DNA of 64,000 nt from an uncultured Gemmatimonadales bacterium (lineage in GTDB: Bacteria > Gemmatimonadota > Gemmatimonadetes > Gemmatimonadales > Gemmatimonadaceae): positions 3,545 to 67,544 of the forward strand of contig CAWDVJ010000002.1 of the NCBI GenBank assembly GCA_963805725.1, given 5' to 3'. A program made the position numbers and the translations under genes. The number at the start of each line of letters is the position of its first letter. Positions within the stretch are counted from its first letter, which is position 1. The notes beneath the pieces are model-generated. The model had not been told where the DNA came from and did not search any database. It saw nothing but the letters and a program-made list of their open reading frames with translations. Of this stretch, positions 31,647 to 40,829 are shown piece by piece.

Positions 31647-32202
31647 GCGATGTTTCCTCTTGAGCGCTACGGAGCGTTAGGTCCCATGAAGGTACCTGGC
31701 GACGGCGCAGGGTAAGCCGCCACTGTTGTGCTTCTGCCGGTTCGCAAACATGCGGGAGCAGATGCCAACAGCAGCAACCAGCTGTGGTTCGCGAGAACCT
31801 CGTCTGCCGCGAAACTACAGGCCTTCCATGGTTCAGGCGAGGCGTCAATGGGGATTGGCCAGGACCGCACGGTGGCCGTTTGAGCGATGCCTTTGGTAGC
31901 CCCACGGGACGCGTGGGGCCGCTTGCGCCAGGTGAGGCGGAAGCGCTATCGTCTTGCCAGATGGTGGCATTTCCCTCTCGATCGTAGATCAGACCGCAGC
32001 GACGCATGGCGGAACCGACATTTCCGAGACCATGACCATGTCGGGTCGCCGACGTCATTGCGGACTGCACTTTGGGGTGGATTCCCTACACGCGGGCAGT
32101 TGCATCATGGCCAGGGCCCACATCCCGATGGCCTCATGTTTCGGGTCCCGCCGTCGTAAAGGCGAACCCAATCGTGCGGGACCGCGTTCATCAGGCCCGG
32201 CG

Positions 32203-32860
32203 ATGAACGGGTTTCTTCATCTGGCCATGCTCGCCGGCCTTGCTTTCGGCCAGAGCAATCGCCTGCCAAACGCCAACGGGCGGGTCTGGCAGCGGGAACG
32301 AAGGCGCGACCCCGCGCGTTTCCGCCCCGGCCGCGCCGGCCCTGCAGCCCCCGACGGCTGCCAATGTGCACTTCATGACGGGCATGATCAGCCACCATGC
32401 CCAGGCGGTTGTCATGGCCCGGTGGGCGCCATCGCACGGGGCGTCGCCGAGCGTGCTCGGGATCTGTGACCGGATCGCGGTGTCGCAAACCGATGAGATC
32501 AAGTACATCCAGAACTGGTTAGCCGATCGGCATCAGCCGGTGCCGCAGCCCGATCCGCACGGCCTCACGATGGCCGGCATGGATCACCCGATGCTCATGC
32601 CCGGCATGTTGAGTCCGGAGCAGATGGCCGCGCTCGACCAGGCGCGAGGGACCGCGTTCGATCGCCTGTTTCTCGAAGACATGATCGTGCATCACCAGGG
32701 CGCGATTACAATGGTGCAAGAGCTGATGCACTCCTACGGCGCGGCGCAGGACCCGCTGTTCTTCCAATTCGCGACCAATGTGAACGCCAACCAGTCCGCG
32801 GAGATCGAGCGGATGACGCGAATGCTCGCTGCATTGCCGCCCGCGACAGCGGGCCAATGA
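32203..32860 (+). CDS. DUF305 domain protein (cassette copy C); probable N-terminal frame change
   Basis: Main ORF 32240..32860 has HFMTGMISHHAQAVVMA and FLEDMIVHHQGAITMV. The only signal-like start (ATG 32203, MNGFLHLAMLAGLAFG) is one frame off, which suggests a frame change near 32280. Confidence 0.8.
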
Positions 32861-32927
32861 TAGGATGCACTCTTTAGATCTCGACGCTCTTTCGCTTTCG
32901 CTCGCTTTCCTTTTCACGAGTCCAGCC

Positions 32928-34831
32928 ATGACCCGTCATCTCGCAGCAACCCGTCGCGGCCCGGGCCGCACTGCATCCGCGGTCTTTGCGGTCACGGGGG
33001 CGCTCGTCGCCGCCTCGCTCATGCTGGCGCCGCGCGCGTGGTCGCAATCGGGGGACGAGCGCCAATCGGTGGCGGTGGTCAACACGTCCACCACGCCGCC
33101 CAATCCGGATCCGCGCAATGCATTGAAGGCAGGCTGGCCGGACGCTGGGCAAGCGTCGTGGAACATGCAGCTCGATGCCGCCGTACGACCGCCGGAGCCG
33201 TTCTTCGATCCGAATGGCCCGGGACCCACGTTTCGCAGCACGAACAGCGACCTGGCCTTCAAGGGTAAGTACGTGATTCAGGGTAACTACAAAGGGTTCC
33301 AGGTCTGGGACGTCTCGAATCCGAGCCAGCCACATATCGCCGGCGTGTCCGTGTGTCCTGGTGGGCAGGGTGACGTGTCCGTGTATCACAATCTGCTCTT
33401 CCTCTCAGTGGAAGATCTGGCCGGGCGTGTCGACTGCGGCACCCAGGGGGTGCCGGACACCGTCAGCAAGGAGCGGTTCCGCGGAGTGCGCATCTTCGAC
33501 ATCAGCGACATCCAGCACCCGAAACAGATCGGCGGCGTTCAAGCCTGTCGCGGGTCGCACACCAACACGCTGGTGGAGGACCCGAACGACAAAGCCAACA
33601 TTACATCTATTCTTCGGGCAACGCGGCGTCCCGGTCATCGAGCGAGCTCGCCGGGTGTTCGGAAAACGCAGCCGACGACGACCCGAACGCGCCGCGATTT
33701 TTGATCGAAGTGATCAAGGTGCCGCTGGCGCACCCCGAGCAGGCCAAGATCGTGAGCACGCCGCGAATCCTTAACCAGCTCGCACCAGTGACCTACCACG
33801 CTCCGCTTCCGGAGGACCAGGCGAGGCGAGCGGCAGCGATGGCGGCCAGGGAAGCCGCGGCGGCCGCCAGTGGTGCCAAGCCCGCTGGGCCGCAGCATTC
33901 GGCGATCACCCCGGTTGTCATGTATTGCCACGACATCACGGCTTACACGTCCATTGGGAGGGCCGGCGCCGCATGCATCGGCTACGGGCTGCTGCTCGAC
34001 ATTCGTGACCCTGCGAATCCGAAACGGATCACGGCGGTGGCCGACTCGAACATCGCGGTCTGGCATTCGGCCACGTTCAGCAACGACGGGAAGAAAGTCG
34101 TGTTCGGGGATGAGTGGGGCGGACCGCACTGCCGGGGGACGGACAACAAGGATTGGGGCGGCCTCTCGATCTATGGGCTCGCAAGCGACGGGATGCAGTT
34201 CACGAGCTATTACAAGATTCCGGCTGCGCTGGCCGCCACTGCGGAATGCACGGCTCACAACGGCTCGCTGATCCCCATCCCCGGCCGCGACGTCGCCGTG
34301 TACAGCTGGTACGAAGGCGGGATCTCAGTGGTCGACTGGAGCGATGCGTCGCATCCGAAGGAGATCGCCTTCTACGATCTCGGCGCCAATGATTCGACGA
34401 AAGTGACGATGGGAGGCTTCTGGTCGACGTACTGGTATAATGGCCACATCTACGGTTCCGAAATCACGCGAGGCCTAAACGTTCTCGAGCTCAAGCCCAG
34501 TGGCCTCCTCTCGCAGAACGAGATCGACGCGGCCAAGTCGGTTCACCTCGACACCTTCAACCCTCAGAGCCAGAAGAAGATCGTCTGGCCGGCGACGTTC
34601 GCGCTTGCGCGTGCGTATCTCGATCAGTTGGGTCGTAACGACGGCCTGTCGGCCGATAAGCGCGCCGAGGCGGCTCGTAGTCTCACCGCGGCAGAGAAGC
34701 AGAGCGCCGACGCGCGCAGGACGTCGCTCACGACATTGGCGACGAAGCTCGACGGCGACGCGGCTACCGCGGGCGATGCCGCTCGGGTGCGGCTCCTCGC
34801 CAACGCGGTTCGCAGGCTCGCGGCTAGTTAG
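32928..34831 (+). CDS. LVIVD-repeat-like beta-propeller protein (cassette copy C); 1 frame change
   Basis: ATG 32928. [50 protein letters not shown]. At ~33601 (aacattacatc, apparently one T short) it continues in the frame of 33701..34831 ([39 protein letters not shown]). Confidence 0.85.
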
Positions 34832-34844
34832 TGCGACGTCCCGT

Positions 34845-34879
34845 CCGCCGCGCGCCTGTGAACTGACGGCGCGCGGCGG
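34845..34879 (+). terminator. GC-rich hairpin after the propeller gene
   Basis: CCGCCGCGCGCC-tgtgaactgac-GGCGCGCGGCGG, a 12-bp perfect stem starting 14 nt after the stop. Confidence 0.55.
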
Positions 34880-35133
34880 CACGGGGCCGCGGGCCGCTCG
34901 TCGGGCCCGATTGTCCAATAGAATTGTTCCCGGGACAACGACCATAAGCGGTTAGCGTCCCGAAAGGAGCGCAGAGAGGCTTACGACCGCTCACCGCGCG
35001 TATGTTCTAGCCGTAGTATGACCAGGAGTATGACCCATTGCTCGCCACGGCGCTTGGTCCTCTCTACGTCTGGTTTACGTTCTTCCCGGACGCTTCATAT
35101 GAGAGTTGATGATTGCCGTTGCTAAGTAGCAGG

Positions 35134-35159
35134 GCGGGGCACGACGCGGCGTGCCCCGC
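35134..35159 (-). terminator. hairpin after the 727-aa lipoprotein gene
   Basis: GCGGGGCACG-acgcgg-CGTGCCCCGC, a 10-bp stem 14 nt beyond the stop at 35173. Confidence 0.55.
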
Positions 35160-35172
35160 GATCAGTCACCGA

Positions 35173-37356
35173 CTAAATGCTACACATTTTGATGTCGGGA
35201 TCGACGTGTTTCCATTGTGGCGCTTTCCAGACCTCTTTCTTCCATGCGAGAAAGTGACTCAGCGTTTCCACAATCGGTATCGGCATGACCGTGGTGAGAT
35301 CGGCGCCAATGTGCGCAACGCGATCAATGGTTACGCGCTTGCAGGGCGGGTTGAGCGTAGCGACGGCCGCCGAGTTGGTCACGGTGATAACGACCACATG
35401 GTCAACGAAGCCCATCGCGGCCAGTCCGAACACGCCGACACCCAGTCCGACGCGGGGAATCTGAACCGCGATCACAACGCCGGACACACCTGGGCTCTCC
35501 GCCGTGGTCTCCAGTACCTCAGGCTCGGACCCTGACAGACTGAAATTGGTATTCGCCTGTGATTGCGTCGTCACATTCAGTCCGCCGCCCTGGCCGTTGA
35601 AGTCGAACTTGGCGTGGAAGTGGTGCGCGGCGTGTTTTCCGGAGAGGCCGACCTTGAAAAGGAAGTCTCCACCGACTTGCACGATAAAGGGGATGCCGCT
35701 GACGATCAGCGGAATGTTGAACACCACCGGAATGTGGGCGATCGGGAGGCTCACATCGCCGGTGCCGCCCTCCCCCAATCGCGCCACATACTCAAAATCG
35801 ATCTTGCCCTTGAGTCCGGTGAACGACACAGAGGAGCCGGCATTCGGGACCGGACCCGCGACGCCGGTCGTGACAACGGCAGCGACTGACATCGGGTCGA
35901 TGTCGGCGTGGGCGCGAAAGCGGACGTCGAGATTGTCGCTGATGATGAAGAAGACACTGCGAGCCATACTCTTGAGCGCCGCCAAATTCTTGGCCTTCTG
36001 CTCCGCGGCCTTTGCAGCCGCCTCAGCCGCTTCATACTCCTTGTGCGCCTCGGCCAAGTCGTCTTCCACCTCCTTCTTGTTCAGGAAGTCCAGGCCAGCC
36101 TTCTGGTTGGCACTGGCATTGGATGGCGGCGGCGGCGTGGGTCGGTTGGCAACCTGGGATAGCTTCTCCACGTCCTTGAGCATGCGTTCGTGGGCTTCCT
36201 CGGCTTCCTGCTCCGCGTGGCGCTGCTCCTTGATATCCTCATAGAACTCGTATCGCTCGTCGCGAAGCATCTCGTTGCTCGCGCCCTTCGCGGGGCCTCC
36301 TTCCTCCATCTTGCGTCCTTCCAACTCGAACTGCAGCGTCCTGGGGCCGGCGGCGTAGGCCATCGAGTATTCCCACCCGGCGATGTCGCCGTTGTACCCG
36401 CCTCCTCGCCCCGCAACGACGTCCTCCTCGGCGGTCGCCTCGTCGCTGCCCGCTTGGCCGCCGTTCTCGCTGGCTCCTCCCTGCCCTCCCTGGCCTGCGA
36501 CTGGTCCTATCACAGGTGGACCAGGACGGTAGGCGACATCCCGGAAGAGCGACGGCGCTGGTGCAAGCGTGAGATTCTTCCAGGCACTGTCGGGCAACGA
36601 CGATCTTCGCGCCGTGCGGCTGATGGCGGTGCTGTAGTCCACCGGACTGTCGAACTCGATGTCGGCTTTCGGCAGCGCCTCGCTCAACGACACGGGCACG
36701 GTATGTATCGTGAACTCACTGTCGATCGCGCCCGCAAGGTCGATGCGCGCGATCGTCAGGCCCCAGATCCAGACGAGTCGGCCCGGCTGGAGCTTCTGCA
36801 CTATGGGATCGGCGGCGGCAAACGTGTAGGAGTCGCCGCCGCGGCTGATCGCGCGCAAGGAACGCAGCGCTTCCTCGCGACTCACCGGAACGACGCTGTC
36901 GCTCCATTGCACTTCGAACTTCTTGGGCTTGACCTCGTGCACGGAATTGAGGTATGCCCGGATCGCGCTTTGATCCGCCCCCTCCATCATCGACGTGTTG
37001 AAGGTCGTCGGTTGAGCCTGAGCGCTCCCGGCCGACGCAGCGCTCTCCTCGGCCGCGCGTTTGCGGCACGCACTCGAGAAGAGCAGTCCGGCAGCGCAGC
37101 CACTCCACGCCGTTACTCGCCAACGACGTCCGCGTTTCAGCAAGCTCCTTGTGCTTGTGGGTTCTCGTGTACCGCCCCATCGCGCTTTTGATCTGCCCTC
37201 CATCATCGACGTGTTGAAGGTCGTCGGTTGAGCCTGAGCGCTCCCGGCCGACGCAGCGCTCTCCTCGGCCGCGCGTTTGCGGCACGCACTCGAGAAGAGC
37301 AGCCCGCCAGCGCAGGCACTCCACACCGTCACTCGCCAACGACGTCCGCGGTTCAT
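35173..37356 (-). CDS. orphan lipoprotein, 727 aa, no recognisable family
   Basis: Lipoprotein signal MNRGRRWRVTVWSACAGGLLFSSAC. Gly/Gln-rich linker. Charged helical segment (EQRHAEQEAEEAHERMLKDVEKL, AEAHKEYEAAEAAAKAAEQKAKNLAALK). Beta-rich C-terminal half. AAGGAG RBS upstream of the ATG. Confidence 0.8.
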   Translation of the reverse strand: MNRGRRWRVTVWSACAGGLLFSSACRKRAAEESAASAGSAQAQPTTFNTSMMEGRSKARWGGTREPTSTRSLLKRGRRWRVTAWSGCAAGLLFSSACRKRAAEESAASAGSAQAQPTTFNTSMMEGADQSAIRAYLNSVHEVKPKKFEVQWSDSVVPVSREEALRSLRAISRGGDSYTFAAADPIVQKLQPGRLVWIWGLTIARIDLAGAIDSEFTIHTVPVSLSEALPKADIEFDSPVDYSTAISRTARRSSLPDSAWKNLTLAPAPSLFRDVAYRPGPPVIGPVAGQGGQGGASENGGQAGSDEATAEEDVVAGRGGGYNGDIAGWEYSMAYAAGPRTLQFELEGRKMEEGGPAKGASNEMLRDERYEFYEDIKEQRHAEQEAEEAHERMLKDVEKLSQVANRPTPPPPSNASANQKAGLDFLNKKEVEDDLAEAHKEYEAAEAAAKAAEQKAKNLAALKSMARSVFFIISDNLDVRFRAHADIDPMSVAAVVTTGVAGPVPNAGSSVSFTGLKGKIDFEYVARLGEGGTGDVSLPIAHIPVVFNIPLIVSGIPFIVQVGGDFLFKVGLSGKHAAHHFHAKFDFNGQGGGLNVTTQSQANTNFSLSGSEPEVLETTAESPGVSGVVIAVQIPRVGLGVGVFGLAAMGFVDHVVVITVTNSAAVATLNPPCKRVTIDRVAHIGADLTTVMPIPIVETLSHFLAWKKEVWKAPQWKHVDPDIKMCSI

Positions 37357-37375
37357 GCAACGCTCCTTGTGCTTG
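36964..37375. repeat. tandem direct duplication (2 x ~195 nt, ~95 % identical, 23-nt junction) covering the RBS, start codon and lipoprotein signal
   Basis: Copy 36964-37157 matches copy 37181-37375. Both contain ...ctccatcatcgacgtgttgaaggtcgtcggttgagcctgagcgctcccggccgacgcagcgctctcctcggccgcgcgtttgcggcacgcactcgagaagagcag... Confidence 0.9.
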
Positions 37376-37376
37376 A

Positions 37377-37404
37377 TTAGCCGTTAGCCCTTAGCCGTTA
37401 GCCC
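37377..37404. repeat. heptanucleotide microsatellite (TTAGCCG/TTAGCCC) x4
   Basis: ttagccg ttagccc ttagccg ttagccc, 21-48 nt upstream of the lipoprotein start codon. Confidence 0.9.
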
Positions 37405-37951
37405 GACTCAGCCATTGCACGCGCCTGGGCGCTCAGAGCAAGTATAGCCGCCGGGCCCATGCCGCCGACCTGAATGATACCGTCGTAGTCCCCACCTCCT
37501 CGTGGTGCGTCGGGGTTAGCATCAACGAGTTCATTGGCCGGATTGTTGGCACCGGCGGCTGCAAAACGACGGCGACAGCGACAATCGGGAGCAGCCCGCA
37601 AGTCGTCGGGCAGACTCCAGGGCCACCCGCGTGAGCCGGACTCGAAACGCCGATCGCACCATCCTCGAGGGAAGAAAGCTGACGAGCTCACGCCGACTGC
37701 ACCCCCGCGACCGGGGGAGATCATACGAGTGGGTCGAAGGGGCGGCAAGTCGGCGGCCCATTGGAACCAGCCACGCACAGCGTCAGCGGCGCGGCCGCCG
37801 GCGATCGTCTGTAACGGCGGCCGTCGAGCTCCCGCAAAGGCATTCCGGCACCGTGGCGACGGCGATGTGAGAAGAAACGCCTCCTCTGGGCGTTGTACCG
37901 TTGGGTAGGAAGGCATTGCCGTCGCGACTCCATACCGATCGGGGAGGCTCG

Positions 37952-38559
37952 ATGTTCAGCAAGATCTCGACGTTCACGGTGGCCGTCGCCGCGCTCCTGG
38001 CGACTCCCGTGATGCCCGCGTCCGCTCAAACAACGAAGCCGCGGCCGGCCCGGTGACCACGCTCCCGAGACAGCGGTGGCGCCGCACAATCTGCTGATGC
38101 CCCCTCCACCGGTGACCGCGCCGCCGCCGGCATTCAGCGTGACTCTGCAGAATTGTGCGCTCGTCCCGGGGGACGCCAGCGGTGCGCCGTTCTCGATCGG
38201 GATGGCATCGGCCTTCAACATCAACACCAACGCGCAGCCCGGGCCGGCGAGCGGCTTATGGTCCGCGGGGCAGGTCGGCACGGGCACCATTCAGTTCGTT
38301 GCCGGTAACAACCTCGCCGATGTGGCTCGCCAACTGCCACGCTCAAAACATTCTGCCGAGGATGACGATCACCGATGTGTCATCGACTGGGACGATCGTG
38401 TACGACATGCCGAACGTTCTCGTCACAAGCCAACAACGGAACGGCAAGAGCTATTCCTTCGACTATATCACGATCAATTGGACTGTTCCGAGTCCCGGCG
38501 GAACTTTGCTGAGTAGGAGTACCTGCCAGTACATGGGGAACCAGCGCGGCTGCCGTTGA
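37952..38559 (+). CDS. small secreted hypothetical protein; 2 frame changes
   Basis: ATG 37952 after GGGGAGG. Signal MFSKISTFTVAVAALLATPVMPASAQ. Continues in the frames of 38076.. (FSVTLQNCALVPGDASGAPFSIG, GTIQFVAGNNLADV) and 38155.. (ILPRMTITDVSSTGTIVYDMPNVLVTSQQRNGKSYSFDYITINWTVP). Confidence 0.5.
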
Positions 38560-38805
38560 TCTCGGCCGGTCGCCTCTCGGTGGGTCGGCGCGGCTCCAGT
38601 CATGCGTTCTTCGGGTCAGACCGCTGCGTCGGCGGCGATCGCCATTCGGCAAGGTGGCCGGTGAACCAATCATGCGTCACCGCAGACGTGAGCCGCTTAT
38701 GATCGGCACGCAGTGGTCAACTCGCTGGCGTGGCGCGCTCACGCTTCGAGAATCACAACAGGGCGTACAAGAACCAAGACATTTCGCGAGGGGGACACGC
38801 GTAAA

Positions 38806-39262
38806 ATGTTCATTCGCTGGTTGTTCGCCGCCGTGCACCTGCTGGCGCTGGGCATTGGGCTCGGCGCCATTCTGGTCGCGTGCCAGAGCTTTTCGGGAAC
38901 GCTGGACGTCGCAGGGCTGAAGCGTGTGTTTTACGCCGATACCTGGTGGGGCATCGCGGCGATCCTGTGGATCGGCACGGGGCTGATACGCGCATTCGGC
39001 GGGCTCGAGAAGGGGAGTCACTACGACATCCACAACTACATTTTCCAGGCGAAGATCGACGTTGCTCGTCATCATCCTCCTGCTCGAGATCGCGACGATG
39101 CTCGCACTAATCCGCTGGCGCACGAAAGTGGCACGCGGGGCTGACCCCGACACGCACTCCGCCCGAACGTACGCGATAATCAGCACCATCCAAGCCAGCC
39201 TGATCGTGCTGATGGTGCTTGCCGCGACGGCTATGGCCCGAGGCTACGGCCAAGGCCATTAG
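38806..39262 (+). CDS. DUF2214-like four-helix membrane protein; 1 frame change
   Basis: MFIRWLFAAVHLLALGIGLGAILVA and DTWWGIAAILWIGTGLIRAFGGLEKG, then from ~39058 in the frame of 39062..39262 (LLVIILLLEIATMLALIRWR, LIVLMVLAATAMARGYG). Confidence 0.7.
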
Positions 39263-39382
39263 TCGCGCATACACTGCGTGGCGGGATGACGACGCAGTTG
39301 GTTGACGACAGCGACTGATGCGCAACACAACGGGGCGACGTCATCCGACGCCGCCCCCTATTGTTGCACACGTTCTCAGCAC

Positions 39383-39790
39383 TCATCCGCCAATCTTCTT
39401 TTTCGTCCAGATCACGATCACTTCGCACTGCGAGTCGGGACGCGGCGCAAACAGCAAGGCGTCCCGATCGCCGCGCAGAGAATCGGGAACGTATTGTCAA
39501 CGCGTGCGCCGGTCGGACCAACCTCGATTTTTTGACCTGGACTCCAGCCATTCGTTCCCTTGGCCGAGACGGCTAAAGGCGTGCTGCAACTCGGCTGTGC
39601 GGCGGACGATCTCCGGCGGCCTGGCCGCAACAATGCGCTGGCGCCGCTGCCGGGACTCCGAACCAGCTCGTGACTCCCGAGTAGTTCGGTGTCGAGGCTT
39701 GGCGCCATCTGGAACCTTTCTACCCTGGGCAATGTCTTAAATCGCGCACAATGATCCTTTGCGAACTCCGGCGCCAGCACTGCGCTGAGG
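39383..39790 (-). pseudogene. decayed gene fragment with a C-terminal CxxIxIWT motif
   Basis: Minus-strand pieces in three frames: RQRIVAARPPEIVRRTAELQHAFSRLGQGNEWLE, QKIEVGPTGARVDN, YVPDSLRGDRDALLFAPRPDSQCEVIVIWTKKKIGG-stop. The tail resembles the C-terminus of the 19643-20398 protein (IELY...CGALVLWTR). Confidence 0.25.
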
Positions 39791-39835
39791 CGCAGGATGC
39801 GAGCACCGTTCACGACGATGGACTTGGAGGGCCCA

Positions 39836-40371
39836 ATGATGAGTCGATCCCTGGCCGTCGCGTTCATCATTGCGGCCACTGGTAGCGGCGCGCCGTGCTT
39901 GGCCCAGAGCAATCCCCTGAGTGCCGACGTCAAAGCGGACTACAAAACCATACGAGACTACTTCCTTCGGGCCGCAGAAAGATGCCCGAAGGCAAGTACG
40001 ACTTTAGGCCGTCGCCGGATGTCCGCAGCTTTGGCCAGCAGGTCGCCCACGTGGCCGACGACCAATACAACCTCTGTGCGCCCGCCAAGGGAGAGACCAG
40101 AAAAGCGGCGTATACAGACATCGAGAGTCGCCTGTCCAAGAAGGCCGATCTGGTGGCCGCACTCAAGACAGCCTTCGCGTATTGTGACGCGGCCTACGAC
40201 GCGTTGACGGATGAATCAGGCGCGGAAGTCGCCACCAACGGCCGCAAGACCAAGTTTGCCATGTTGAACTGGAACTTGTGGCATACGTGGGAGCACTACG
40301 GCAATATCGTGGTATACTTGCGGATGAACGGCCTGGTCCCTCCCTCGAGTGAGAAGATGCCGGGCAAGTGA
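39836..40371 (+). CDS. DinB family protein, secreted; 1 frame change
   Basis: MMSRSLAVAFIIAATGSGAPCLAQ signal. At ~39978 (gcagaaagatg, an A-run one short) it continues in the frame of 39895..40371: FGQQVAHVADDQYNL, WNLWHTWEHYGNIVVYLRMNG. Confidence 0.8.
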
Positions 40372-40388
40372 CGAAGACCGCACTCATT

Positions 40389-40495
40389 GGCCATGCGCAG
40401 AACCTACCCGTGCGGTGTCAGCCGAGCGTCAAGGCAGAAAGTAGAGAGGAGAAAGGAGACCGAGTAACGCGGCCCCGTGGCGCACACGCCATCCA
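40389..40495 (-). repeat. nested-hairpin repeat family, partial copy 4
   Basis: ggccatgcgcagaacctacccgtgcggtgtcagccgagcgtcaaggcagaaagtagagaggagaaaggagaccgagtaacgcggccccgtgg aligns with 56031-56125. Confidence 0.85.
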
Positions 40496-40504
40496 GGTCC
40501 GCCT

Positions 40505-40816
40505 CACGTTATCTGAGTTCCCCAACCGTCGTACTCGCAGTTGTAGTTCAATCCGTCTCGGATCATCGAGGCAACCCATCGTCAAGATCTCGGGCGACAC
40601 GGGCGTTGGTTGCGTGTGCCCTTCGACAACCCACTGTCCGTCTGGGCTAGCTGGGTCAGGCTTCACGTCGACGGCGTAGTCCGTCACGTGCGCTAGCAGC
40701 TTTTTCAATTCTTCTGCGGTTGTCTGCGTGCGCGCGTAGAAAGTGAATTCGAGGGTCAGTGGCGTCTGAGTCGTGACCCCTCGCGCGGTCAGGGCGGCCC
40801 AGGTCTGCTTGTTCAT
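40505..40816 (-). CDS. RraB-like (regulator of ribonuclease activity B family) small protein; 1 frame change
   Basis: MNKQTWAALTARGVTTQTPLTLEFTFYARTQTTAEELKKLL...DGQWVVEGHTQPTPVSPEIL, then in another frame RWVASMIRDGLNYNCEYDGWGTQIT-stop (YDGW end motif of the family). Frame change near 40575. Confidence 0.6.
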
Positions 40817-40829
40817 TGCTAGCTCGATG

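Noticed and set aside
35504-37191. Plus-strand ORFs 35504..36244 and 36190..37191 opposite the 727-aa lipoprotein
   Set aside because: These are shadow ORFs. The minus-strand ORF is uninterrupted for 2.2 kb and has an RBS, a lipobox signal and a terminator hairpin.
37377-37404. Telomere-like repeat (TTAGCCC resembles TTAGGG-type units)
   Set aside because: There are only four units, internal to a bacterial contig, alternating G/C at the last position. A promoter-proximal microsatellite is the simpler reading.
37952-38559. T6SS Hcp-like tube protein
   Set aside because: The C-terminal pattern (…NILPRMTITDVSSTGTIVYDMPNVLVTSQQ…SYSFDYITINWTV) loosely recalls Hcp. However, the protein has a Sec signal peptide, no T6SS genes are nearby and the similarity is only pattern-level. 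I left it as hypothetical.
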